Source of the DNA: Lysobacterales bacterium
Lineage (GTDB): Bacteria > Pseudomonadota > Gammaproteobacteria > Xanthomonadales > SZUA-5
DNA length: 64,000 nt
Direction of reading: 5' to 3'
Assembly (NCBI GenBank): GCA_022844165.1
Contig: JALHMH010000004.1
Coordinates: forward strand, 10,197-74,196
Below, in pieces: positions 26,712 through 35,893 of the stretch (positions are counted from its first letter, which is position 1; each line of letters opens with the position of its first letter). Made by a program: the position numbers and the translations under genes. The notes beneath the pieces are model-generated. The model saw only the letters and a list, made by a program, of their open reading frames with translations, had not been told where the DNA came from and did not search any database.

Positions 26712-27484
26712 GGCGTGGCGAGTTTGGTTTCCAGGTCGATGAGACGTTGCGCCAATCGGTCATGGCCGGCTTCGCGCGCGAAGTCGCTGGCCAGTTTGCC
26801 TTCCTCGTTGCGCGCCAACGGGTCGGCGCCGAACATCAGGAGCATGGCGACCGCCGGCAGACTACCCGCGGCGGAAGCCTCGTGCAGCGGCCTCATCAAG
26901 CGCTGCTGGGCGAGATTGGGGTCCGCGCCCGACTCCAGGAGCAGGGAAAGCGTCGATAGGTCCGATCGTGCGACGGCGGCGTGGATGGGCCCCACCTGCA
27001 GGCTGTTGCTGGCTTTTGCATCGAGATCAGCCCCGGCGTCGATGAGCAGCTTCGCGGCGGCCGGCTCGCGGAAAAAGACGCTCAGGCCCAAGGGCGTGAA
27101 CCCGTCGACTGCTCGCTGATTCACGTCCACACCTCGGGCCAGAAAGCGCCGGAGCGTTGGAAGATCTCCAACCACGCAGGCCTCAAAGAAATCCAGATCG
27201 GTAACTTTACCGCGCAGATAGTCGACCATGGCTGGCTGCTCGCGGTAGGCCGCAAATAGCAGCGGCGAGAGCCCCTCTTCGGAGCGTCGCGAGGCCTCCG
27301 CCGGGTCTTGCTCGATCAGGGACCGTAGTTCGTTGAGGTTGTTGCTTCGGATCGCTTCAAAAGCGGGCAGCTCCGCGGCTCGAATCGCGCCCGAAAAAAG
27401 CAGCGCAAGCACGGCCAGAGCGTTGAGCACCCGAGCGTTGGGCATCAGACAGTGGAGCAGGGAACCGGTAACACGCATGTTCAT
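26708..27484 (-). CDS. exported ankyrin-repeat protein
   Basis: ATG 27484 (MNMRVTGSLL.., signal-like ALAVLALLFSGAIRAAE). It has about 5 ANK repeats (GFTPLGLSVFF.., PIHAAVARSD.., RPLHEASAAGS..). Its stop overlaps the downstream GTG (GTGA). Confidence 0.75.
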   Translation of the reverse strand: MNMRVTGSLLHCLMPNARVLNALAVLALLFSGAIRAAELPAFEAIRSNNLNELRSLIEQDPAEASRRSEEGLSPLLFAAYREQPAMVDYLRGKVTDLDFFEACVVGDLPTLRRFLARGVDVNQRAVDGFTPLGLSVFFREPAAAKLLIDAGADLDAKASNSLQVGPIHAAVARSDLSTLSLLLESGADPNLAQQRLMRPLHEASAAGSLPAVAMLLMFGADPLARNEEGKLASDFAREAGHDRLAQRLIDLETKLATP

Positions 27485-27782
27485 TCTTTCCTCCGTTCGG
27501 ACGTGTGCGGCTGAGACGACGGGCTCCACCCGGGTGGAGCACGGGCGGCGTCCGGCAACATACGAACCGTCGGGGCGATTTTCACTACCCGAGCGCGTAC
27601 GGGCGCTTTCGCTCGGTGATGTGCTGGAACGCCGGCGCCTCAGCTCCATTGAAGCGCGCCGACGTCGGGCTCGCGTTGCTTACGTTCGAAAGTCTTTCGA
27701 GGCCACGCGCCTGGGCACCATCGAAGCGTACCTTCCGGCGGCTTTGTAGTCGCTCAGGCCGGCATGAGGAAACAATGGTACG

Positions 27783-28121
27783 TCAGCCGATCAAGAGAGC
27801 GATGCAATGGCGCAATGTTCGTTGGTCGTCGTCTGCCAGGCGGCCGAGCGATTTGCGAATGAGCTTGGCCTCCATGGTGAACAGGATCGGCTTGATGATG
27901 CCGGGCAACAGGAGACCGGCGGCGGTGATGTCGGTGATGTGGACGTCTCCGAACCGAGTCGATTTCTGGTTCTGGCTGGTGATGGGCATCAATATCAAAT
28001 CCGGCCGTTCGCGCTGGTAACGCGCGGAGTTGACTACGACGGAGGGTCGCTGCTTGCCGCCAGTCTGGTCCGTGAACGGGAAGGGCACCAGTACTACATC
28101 GCCGAAGTCATAGCCGGTCAT
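27783..28121 (-). CDS. PemK/MazF-family type II toxin
   Basis: MTGYDFGDVVLVPFPFTDQTGGKQRPSVVV ... LILMPITSQ fits the PemK/MazF pattern. Start ATG 28121 lies inside the longer ORF and overlaps the antitoxin by 14 nt. Confidence 0.8.
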   Translation of the reverse strand: MTGYDFGDVVLVPFPFTDQTGGKQRPSVVVNSARYQRERPDLILMPITSQNQKSTRFGDVHITDITAAGLLLPGIIKPILFTMEAKLIRKSLGRLADDDQRTLRHCIALLIG

Positions 28122-28308
28122 ACGCGGCGTCAGTCTCGTTGGTCCAGAGCGTTGCCAACGAGGCTTCACTAACGGCTTGGGTGGCGCGGACCAAGCGACG
28201 TTCTTGCTCGCGAGAGGCGATGAAGTCAACGAAGTCGACGACCTCTTCGAGTCGCTCCTGAGGCAACTGTGCCAGCTGCATGGTGATGTGTTCGATCGCG
28301 GTGCTCAT
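28108..28308 (-). CDS. cognate antitoxin (DUF2281-like)
   Basis: A 66-aa protein with LPQERLEEVVDFVDFIASRE, as in DUF2281-type antitoxins. It sits immediately upstream of, and overlaps, the toxin. Confidence 0.65.
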   Translation of the reverse strand: MSTAIEHITMQLAQLPQERLEEVVDFVDFIASREQERRLVRATQAVSEASLATLWTNETDAAYDRL

Positions 28309-28475
28309 TGGGGGCGGCGCTCGATCCGGTCTGATGGATCCAATGATAACGCGCCGCAGACCACTTCCCGACCAGGGCCGGCAGGCGCTACAACGGGGCC
28401 GCCCGACTCAGGAGTAGCATCGTGCAATCGTTCTCGATCACCAGACCCTAGGGCGCATTACGGATCGCTGAGTCA

Positions 28476-28685
28476 ATGACCAAAGAACTCAAAACCTTTG
28501 TTACCGCCTGGCGCGAGGTCTCGCCGATCCTGGAAGCGATGCGCGATGAGGAACTGCGCTCCACGCCGCTGCCGGTGGCGATGGCGCAGCTGTCCAGCAT
28601 GATCGACTCTGCCGTGTTCTTGAAGCCGCTATCGAACACCTCGGGTCTGGTCGAAATGCAGCGCATTTTCGCCAAGCTGCGATGA
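28476..28685 (+). CDS. 69-aa protein, paralogue of 42176..42385
   Basis: MTKELKTFVTAWREVSPILEAMRDEELRSTPLPVAMAQLSSMIDSAVFLKPLSNTSGLVEMQRIFAKLR. It has 5 aa differences from the second copy. It lies inside the duplicated block 28389-28707, which matches 42089-42407. Confidence 0.5.
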   Translation: MTKELKTFVTAWREVSPILEAMRDEELRSTPLPVAMAQLSSMIDSAVFLKPLSNTSGLVEMQRIFAKLR

Positions 28686-28750
28686 ACGTTCTGATCGATG
28701 CGGCGGACCAGTTCGAACGACTGGTGGCGCGGGTGCGCTCGACGCCTTGA
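28682..28750 (+). pseudogene. 22-codon stub of the nucleotidyltransferase-like gene that is intact at 42382..42792
   Basis: MNVLIDAA is identical to the intact copy. It then diverges and stops just before repeat A2. Confidence 0.5.
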
Positions 28751-28764
28751 CGGGCCGTCAGGCC

Positions 28765-28927
28765 CACGGCACGACGAACGATGGTTGTCGCGGGCCGGCG
28801 GCGGAAACCGCGCGGACAGATCGCGGCACGGTCATGGTATTCGGCGCGCGGGTTCCGCCCTACGTCTGCACACCGCGGACGGCGTGTAGGGTGGAACCCG
28901 CACAAGCTTCATCGTGCGGATTCCGCC
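28765..28927. repeat. REP-like family A copy 2 (rearranged: body + end, then hairpin module)
   Basis: cacggcacgacgaacgatggttgtcgcgggccggcggcggaaaccgcg...gggttccgccctacg, followed by gtagggtggaacccgcacaagcttcatcgtgcggattccgcc. Confidence 0.65.
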
Positions 28928-28928
28928 G

Positions 28929-30652
28929 TCAGGCGCTCGGCGCCAGGCGAGTCCAAACCCGTTGACCCAGATCCAGCTCGAACATTGCGTCGTTGTTGTT
29001 ATGCGCATCATCGCCATGGTCGATGCGACCACCGAATACGCGAATGCGCCCGGCCGTCGTCAGCACGGCGCGATGTTTGTAGATCGATCCTGGAGCGTCG
29101 CCGCTGGTTTCCAGTCGGGTGATGCGCAGCGTGCGCGTATCGAGTGCGAACACGGGCGTCTCGCTCTGAACACGCTGGTGCTGATAGCCGAGCGAACCGA
29201 TGAGGTAAATCGTGTCGCCCACGAGCGTGGCCGTGTGGAAATCGGTCGGCGGAAAAACGTCCGCTGGATAGCCGTAGATTTCGATGCGGCCATCCGGGTA
29301 GTGCACAAACACATCGTTGTAGATGCAGAAGTCCGGGTCGTAGCCATCCTCGTGCTCGCCCGCTATCTGGATGATTCGCCCGTCGGCAGAAAACTGATCG
29401 ACTGACCGAATCGCTCCGCGCACCACACCGGATGCTCAATGGACGACGGTTTGTCGCTGAACTGCGTTCGCGCCAGCCATGCACTGATCCCGGATCGCAC
29501 CATGGCCATCCAGAATGGATCGTCCATGCGCTCCGGGTTGCTGGTGCCGAAGCGCCGCTGCGCGCCGCGCGAGAAGGCCTCAGGCGTCGCATCGAAATGG
29601 CGCACACTGGGTTCGGCGGGCAGTCCAACCAGCGCACGCCGAATCTCGAACTGCAGGTTGTTCGGGTCCGCGCCGGCGTCGAGCAACGCCCGTGCCGTGG
29701 TCGCCTCACGACAGCAGTACAGTGCGTTGAGATGGCCCTGATGTTGATCCGGATCCTGCCCGTCATCGAGCAGCGCTCGGACCGCTTCGAAGCAGCCGCT
29801 CTCACACGCGCAGGCTAACGCCGACGTGCCGAATTCATCCGTGTCCAGCAATGAGAAGCCTTGCTCGACCAGCCAAGACAACATCGCGACGTTTTGCATT
29901 TCGATGGCATAGAAAACCGCCGGCTTGCCACAACGTCCACGGGCGTTGCGCGCCACACCATGCAGCAACAACAGCTCAACCTTGTGCTGATCGCCCGTTT
30001 GAATCGCCAGCAGCAACGGCGTGCGCTCCCAGCCGTCCCGCCCTTCCGCATCTTCGCCTGCATCCAGGGCCGCGTTGACCTCCGCCAACGTGCCGAGCGC
30101 GATCGCTCGATGCAGCGCCGACCATTCCAGCGGCGTCGGACGCGCGCCGGCCGCCAGCAAACAACGCACGCCTTCGAAGTGGCCGATGTTCGACAGGACC
30201 GACAAGGCGGATTCGCCATATCGGGTGACCACATCCAGCTTCGCGCCGCGCTCGATCAGCAAAGTCAGCAAGGGCAGCAGCTCTTCTGGCGTTCGCCCGG
30301 TGGCGCTACACGCAGCGTCAATCAGCACAGAGTAGCCATTGCGCGAGGCGTGAATGTCCGCACCCGCATCCAGCAGCAATCGCGCCTTGCGAACATCGCA
30401 AGCCGCCAACGCAAACGACAGCGGCGTGCGGCCGCGGTCGTATTCGCGCTGCGCGCCGATGTTCACCGCTGCGCCTGCGTCGATCAGCGCCCTTACGATC
30501 TCGGGACCCGCTTGCGCGCTGCTCGCGGCAATCATCAGCGGCGTCAAGCCGGCTTCGTCGAAGCGATCGATTGCGTCGCCGTTTGCGAGCGCAATAACGC
30601 CTTCGATATCGCCGACTTCCGCGGCGCGATGTAGTTCGTACTGTGGCTTCAT
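28929..30652 (-). pseudogene. ankyrin-repeat protein with a C-terminal beta-propeller/Kelch-like region, interrupted by a frameshift
   Basis: ORF 29363..30652 (MKPQYELHRAAEVGDIEG.., at least 9 ANK repeats) ends ..ERFGQSISFLPTGESSR*. The +1 frame continues FSADGRIIQIAGEHEDGYDPDF.. as ORF 28929..29426. The shift is within about 29380-29400. Confidence 0.65.
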
Positions 30653-30975
30653 TCGGAAAACGGGAGGCGGCAACAGGTGAGTGTAGCGCTGAAGGTTGGT
30701 GCGCATCGATCGTTTGCCGCAGAGGTAAACGCTGTGACGGTCTTCGGGGACTGAGAGTCGGCGAGCTTGGGTCATGCGGCAATCATGACCTCGTACCAAG
30801 GCCGTATCTGTCGGACTAGCGCTGGAGTTCGTGTCAGAATCTTCCAACAGCTGACGGCTGTCCGCGATCGATTCTGATGAACTGGACCTTGCTCATCCAA
30901 GGAAATGCTGGTGAGGGGCATTCGGGCGCAGGCCACACGGGAACTGATACGGAAGATTCGGGAGACAAAGCCGAA

Positions 30976-32352
30976 ATGGGAAACAACTCTGACATCGATT
31001 TCGTGCTTCGTTTTGAAACGGCTCCCAAGGGAACCGTCTACCTCTCGGTCTCGTGGCAGCCCGATTCAGGCAAGGATTTCGGGTACAAAGTCATCCGGAA
31101 GCTGGATGAGGAGAGGTACCTGGCCGTCGGCGATGTCAAGGGGTTCGCAGATATGAACACCGCGCGCCTCAGGAGAATCATGGGCCAAGCTGACGCATTC
31201 CTGTCGCTCCTTCCGTTCCGACCCGACAAGCCGTTGAAGACGTCTGGATTTATGCTTGACGAGATCCAACTGGCAGTAGAACTCGGAATCCCGATTGGCA
31301 TTCTTTATGACGCTCGGATCTCACCGGTTATCACAGACGAACCTGGCAGGGATTCCGTTGTCGTCGCCACAAGCGACAGGCAGATCACCATCCCGCGAGA
31401 ACGTCTGGCATTGCTCACGCCATTTGATTTCGGTGTTAGGAGGTCGGAGGAGCTTCAGCTCGTCGAACTCGCCGAGTTTCTCAGGAAGGTAACCACACGG
31501 CAGTCTGTTGTGGGTCCCTATGCATTCTTGATTTCCCGCCTGCAGCCAGACTTCCGTCTTCCACGGGAGGCCTGCCTAGCCGCCGCAGAGCGCGGATCTG
31601 GTGTGCCTTGCTACTGGATTGACTCCGAAGACTACCGGAGCAATGTTGACGACACGATCGATCGCGCCCGCTTGCTGATCAAGCACGCCACTTTTGTTGT
31701 TGCGGAGATATCCCTGACCGACGAAAACCCCGACTTTGACAATCCGAGCCGAGCACATGAGATCGGGTTAGCCACCGCTTATGGGAAGGTAGTGTTCCCA
31801 GTTTCCCATGCACCGCGTCGTCATCCGTACCACGGCCTCGTGGATCAGCAGTTGGTCTGGTGGGATGACGAAGAAGACCTTTTCGAGAAGCTTGTCGCTG
31901 CCGTGCATGCAAAAAGGGGATTAATCGGTCGGCACGTCTACAACTGGGAGCTGGAACGAGTTGACAAGGGACAGATGCCGCAGTTTCGATCGCCTAGGTT
32001 TGAGCCAGAAGGGGACCGTTGGCAACCACCAACCAACGCGGCAGAAAACCAGACTCAAGGTTGGATCTACGCTGTCAGTTTCGGAGTGATCGCATTCACC
32101 GTGGCGCTGCTACTTCGTCACGGGGTCGGTTATGACGATTCACTCGACCTAGCGGCGATACTTGCGGGGGTCGCTACCTTCATGTTTTCGTCGAGAATCA
32201 GCAGAAGCATCCAGTCGGCACTGACGCGAATTCGGTATCTAAGATGGCTCATACCCTGGATCGCGGCGCTACTCCTAGCCGCTACCATTGTTTTTCTCAG
32301 TCCGAGCGGGGATGGTGACCCGCCGGGTAGAGAGGAACGAAACGAGCGATAA
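30976..32352 (+). CDS. two tandem nucleoside 2-deoxyribosyltransferase/TIR-like domains + three C-terminal TM helices
   Basis: ATG 30976 is preceded by GGAGA. Domain 2: HATFVVAEISLTDENPDFDNPSRAHEIGLATAYGKVVFPV. Domain 1: ADAFLSLLPFRPDKPLKTSGFMLDEIQLAVELGIPIGILYD. TM helices: WIYAVSFGVIAFTVALLL, LAAILAGVATFMFSS, WLIPWIAALLLAATIVFL. GC is about 50-60%. Confidence 0.7.
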   Translation: MGNNSDIDFVLRFETAPKGTVYLSVSWQPDSGKDFGYKVIRKLDEERYLAVGDVKGFADMNTARLRRIMGQADAFLSLLPFRPDKPLKTSGFMLDEIQLAVELGIPIGILYDARISPVITDEPGRDSVVVATSDRQITIPRERLALLTPFDFGVRRSEELQLVELAEFLRKVTTRQSVVGPYAFLISRLQPDFRLPREACLAAAERGSGVPCYWIDSEDYRSNVDDTIDRARLLIKHATFVVAEISLTDENPDFDNPSRAHEIGLATAYGKVVFPVSHAPRRHPYHGLVDQQLVWWDDEEDLFEKLVAAVHAKRGLIGRHVYNWELERVDKGQMPQFRSPRFEPEGDRWQPPTNAAENQTQGWIYAVSFGVIAFTVALLLRHGVGYDDSLDLAAILAGVATFMFSSRISRSIQSALTRIRYLRWLIPWIAALLLAATIVFLSPSGDGDPPGREERNER

Positions 32353-32802
32353 ACAAGCGATAAACTCCAGGGGACGCATGTACGCCTCCGGTTAACACCT
32401 GATTCGCTTCTAGGTTTCGCTTGAACTCTTTCCGCTTGGGTCAACACCGCCTCGTCTCGATATTCGAGCTCGGAAAGGCGCCGGCGCGGATCGGATTGAG
32501 ATTGACGTAGGCCATCGCTGACCGTCACCGTACCAGAGTCCAACGCTCGGCCCACGACTCGTGCCCACACCGTCGCTGGTGCGACCGTCGCCTGGGGGGC
32601 TCTGAACAAGTCAGAGATTCCGCCGGCCAAGGAAGGCCGGCCCGTCATTAAAGCAAGCAAGTGATGGAATGCTGGAAACCAAGTCCGAACGTACGCCAGA
32701 CTGAAGCGTGGGCCTACAAGTCCAGCATGGACTTGTTTAGACCTTCCCTAAGAGCCAGACTGGCCGAAAAGACGCAGCGCCGATTCTGCAAGGAACGCCT
32801 TT

Positions 32803-33609
32803 TTGGCCAAGTCTGCTCACAACTGGATCGTGCGTGCGCCTGGCGAGGTGTCGCGTGTGGAGGCCTGTTTCACCGGCCAGCCCTTTGCACCGCATCGGCA
32901 CGACACTTATGCCGTGGCGATCACGGTCGCTGGCGTGCAGAGCTTCCGCTACCGCGGTGCGGCGCGGCAATCGCTGCCGGGTCAGGTTGTCGTGATCCAT
33001 CCCGACGAGTTGCACGACGGCCGCGCCGGCGATGGCGCGGTGTTTCGCTATCGGAGCCTGTACCTTCAACCCACCGATCTGCAGTCCATTCTGGGCGGTC
33101 GATCGCTGCCGTTTCTTGACGGCGGCGTGTCGAGCCATCCGCGTCTCGTCCGTGCGACGCGTGCCTTGCTGGAGGATCTGACGCGCCCGCTCGAATCGAC
33201 GGAATGCGACGAAGCCCTGCATGATCTGGCCATCGCTCTGCTCGAAGCCGCCGGCGCGCCGCTCAGGCCCGCCCGCGTCGACTACGCCGCCGTGCAGCGC
33301 GCGCGCGAGTATGTCGACGCGCATCTCGACGATACGATTGAGCTGGCGACGCTCGCGCAGATTTGCGGGCGCGATCGCTGGCAGTTGTCGCGCGATTTTC
33401 GGGCCGTGCTCGGCGCAAGTCCTTATCGCTACGCGGTGCTGCGCCGCCTCGATCGCGCGCGCGCGATGATGCGCACGAGGCAGTCGCTCGCCGACGTCGC
33501 CATCGCCTGCGGCTTCGCCGATCAAAGCCATTTCACGCGACACTTCAAGAAGACCTTCGGCATGACGCCGAGCACCTGGTCTGCGCACGAGCGTTCAAGA
33601 CCCGACTGA
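32803..33609 (+). CDS. AraC-family transcriptional regulator (N-terminal cupin-type sensor, C-terminal HTH)
   Basis: ..FAPHRHDTYAVAI.. and the C-terminal ..LATLAQICGRDRWQLSRDFRAVLGASPYRYAVLRRLDRARAMM...IACGFADQSHFTRHFKKTFGMTP. The start (TTG 32803 or GTG 32830) is uncertain. Confidence 0.8.
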   Translation: MAKSAHNWIVRAPGEVSRVEACFTGQPFAPHRHDTYAVAITVAGVQSFRYRGAARQSLPGQVVVIHPDELHDGRAGDGAVFRYRSLYLQPTDLQSILGGRSLPFLDGGVSSHPRLVRATRALLEDLTRPLESTECDEALHDLAIALLEAAGAPLRPARVDYAAVQRAREYVDAHLDDTIELATLAQICGRDRWQLSRDFRAVLGASPYRYAVLRRLDRARAMMRTRQSLADVAIACGFADQSHFTRHFKKTFGMTPSTWSAHERSRPD

Positions 33610-33871
33610 GGCTTCGCGATCCCGATCGTGGTCGCACGACCGCCGATATTGCGCTCTCCCACCGAGACTCTCGACGTCCGCGCGCGCCGACGTGCGTTTG
33701 CCGCTGATGGCACCGGCGCGCCGAACAGCGGCGATCTGGCCACGGCCCGCCGCGCGATCTGAATCGCGCACGATCGTTCTAGAGCGCTCGCGCTTTCCGT
33801 CACTATCGTTCCGCTCATCAACCGAAGTCCCCGCTACGACCTGACGCCCGCTCCGGAGCCAACGCTTGCCG

Positions 33872-35209
33872 ATGAAGACCCTTGCCACGCTTTCGTATTT
33901 GCTGCGCCGCCTGGCCGTTCTGGGCCTGCTGCTGGGCTGCATGAGCTGGACTGCGCCTGCCCAGGCCGCCGGCGATCATGCCGAGCATGCTCCCATTGCG
34001 GTGGTAGCCGTCGACGACGCGTGGCGCGCGGCCTTGCCCCGTGACGCGGCCTTGGCCACCCAGGCCTATCTGGACCGCCTGCCCGCCGAGGCCGTGCAGC
34101 GCGCCAATCGCTACGAAGAAGGCGGCTACTGGCTGCAGCTTTGGGAGTTCCTGCTCGGCCTGGCCATCGCCGCGCTGATGCTCGGGGGACGTCGTTCGGC
34201 GCGCGTGCGCGACCGGGCGCAGCGGGTGGGGCGCTTTGCCTGGCTGCGCGACGGCCTCTATGGCGCCGTCTACGGCTTCAGCGCGGCGCTGCTGGCCCTG
34301 CCACTAACCTTCTACCGAGGCTATGTGCGCGAACACGCCTATGGCATGTCCACGCAGAGTCTGTGGGACTGGGGATCGGAGCAGATGGTGTCCCTGGCCA
34401 TCGAGGCGGTGGGCGCGGCCCCGGCGGTGGCCGTGCTCTACGCGGTGATCCGTCGCGCCGGTGAGCGCTGGTGGTTATGGGGCACGGCCGCGTGCAGCGC
34501 CCTGCTGGCGCTGATGCTGTTGGTGAGCCCGGTGCTGATCGCGCCCCTGTTCAACACCTACAAGCCGCTGGAACCCGGCCCGGTGCGCGATGCGGTGCTG
34601 ATGATGGCGCGGTCCAACGGCGTGCCGACCGACGAGGTCTACGCCGTCGATGCCTCGCGCCAGACCCAGCGCATCAGCGCCAACGTCAGCGGCCTCGGCG
34701 GCACCGCCGCCATCCGGCTCAACGACAACCTGTTGAATCGCACCTCGTTGCCCGAGATCCGCGCCGTCATGGCGCATGAGCTGGGCCATTACGTGCTGAA
34801 CCATGCGCCCAAGATGCTGATGCAGTTCAGCTTGCTGATCCTGTTCGGCTTCCTGTTCTGCCAGTGGGCCATGCAGCGCCTGTTCGCACGCTTCGGCGAA
34901 CGCTGGGGCACGCGGGCGGCGGGCGACGTGGCCAGCCTGCCCTTGCTGGCGGCGCTGTTCTCGGTCTTCATGATGGGCGCCACACCGGTCTTCAACACCA
35001 TCATCCGCACCCAGGAGATCGAGGCCGACCGCTTTGGCCTGAACCTGGCGCGCGATCCGCACGGCTTTGCCGAAGTGATGCTGAAACTGGCGGATTACCG
35101 CAAGCCCGAACCTGGCGCCCTCGAAGAAGTCGTGTTCTTCCACCACCCGAGCGCGCGGCACCGCATCCATGACGCGATGCGCTGGCGGGAGGCGATGGGG
35201 ACGCCTTGA
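33872..35209 (+). CDS. M48-family (Ste24/HtpX-like) membrane zinc metalloprotease
   Basis: HELGHYVLNH, with upstream TM helices and a downstream EIEADRFG. ATG 33872 (MKTLATLSYLL). Confidence 0.8.
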   Translation: MKTLATLSYLLRRLAVLGLLLGCMSWTAPAQAAGDHAEHAPIAVVAVDDAWRAALPRDAALATQAYLDRLPAEAVQRANRYEEGGYWLQLWEFLLGLAIAALMLGGRRSARVRDRAQRVGRFAWLRDGLYGAVYGFSAALLALPLTFYRGYVREHAYGMSTQSLWDWGSEQMVSLAIEAVGAAPAVAVLYAVIRRAGERWWLWGTAACSALLALMLLVSPVLIAPLFNTYKPLEPGPVRDAVLMMARSNGVPTDEVYAVDASRQTQRISANVSGLGGTAAIRLNDNLLNRTSLPEIRAVMAHELGHYVLNHAPKMLMQFSLLILFGFLFCQWAMQRLFARFGERWGTRAAGDVASLPLLAALFSVFMMGATPVFNTIIRTQEIEADRFGLNLARDPHGFAEVMLKLADYRKPEPGALEEVVFFHHPSARHRIHDAMRWREAMGTP

Positions 35210-35252
35210 CCCTGGCGTGCAGGCGCCCGTTGGTCCCCAGACCGTGGATGCC

Positions 35253-35312
35253 CAGATCGTGGACAGGCACTGTTTCGGTAGATCGTGCAGATCGTGGACA
35301 GGCACTGTTTCG
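35253..35312. repeat. two perfect 25-bp direct repeats spaced 10 bp apart
   Basis: cagatcgtggacaggcactgtttcg occurs at 35253-35277 and 35288-35312. Extra gatcgtg/atcgtg motifs surround it. A GAGGCC-ggta-GGCCTC hairpin follows. Confidence 0.8.
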
Positions 35313-35589
35313 AGTCGTGATCAGATCAAGAGGCCGGTAGGCCTCCGGCCGCCCCAGCTTGCGCCGGCCAAGCGTGCGATTTGACGCGACCTCAGGCCAA
35401 CGCCGGTCTCAAGGTATGCGGCAGCACTGCGCCGATGCGGCTGGCCGGCATCGTTGGCAATCGCCCGAGTACGACGTGCAGCACTCCCCAACCAGCGTGC
35501 GCGATCCGGCGAGGGCTGCGCTCACCCCGAAGCACCGCGCCAGTCACAAACAATCGAAGACTTGCGCGTGCAACCGGGGAGGCGTCTAC

Positions 35590-35830
35590 CTATGTCGTGG
35601 TTCCGGTCCCGAAGCGGGACAGCAGGCTTCGGATGGTCGCTGCCGAACACTCGGCCACAAAGCGCATGAGAAGCTCGTATCGGCCGTCGTCGGCAGCAGC
35701 GAGCGCGTCGAGGTAGTGGGACTTCGGCGGGAATTCGATGGGCAAGGGGCGCCCGGTGCTGCGCTCCAGGCAGATGGCGGCCAGGGCGCGTGCGACCCGT
35801 CCATTGCCGTCGGCGAACCTGGATGGGCAA
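35590..35830 (-). pseudogene. C-terminal remnant of a Fic-domain protein
   Basis: ..SRFADGNGRVARALAAICLERSTGRPLPIEF... Removing 2 nt (gg) upstream restores HPFADGNGR. There is no Fic N-terminal half, because the upstream DNA is the 3' end of the next gene. Confidence 0.55.
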
Positions 35831-35893
35831 CCCGTCGTCGGTGCGGCGATCGGTGCCGGCTCTCCAGGCGGTTGCCGAATCCAAAGGCGCGCT

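Noticed and set aside
30877-30975. The N-terminal extension of the NDT-like ORF (MNWTLLIQGNAGEGHSGAGHTGTDTEDSGDKAE).
   Set aside because: It is low-complexity and has no RBS. The internal ATG 30976 has a GGAGA upstream and begins the first predicted beta-strand region. The extension cannot be excluded without homologues.
32130-32660. A minus-strand ORF whose N-terminus (MTGRPSLAGG...TVTVSDGLRQ) vaguely resembles a ribbon-helix-helix antitoxin.
   Set aside because: It would overlap the 3' end of the NDT-like gene by about 220 bp. The similarity is weak and from memory only, and the composition downstream is not protein-like. At best it is a degraded remnant.
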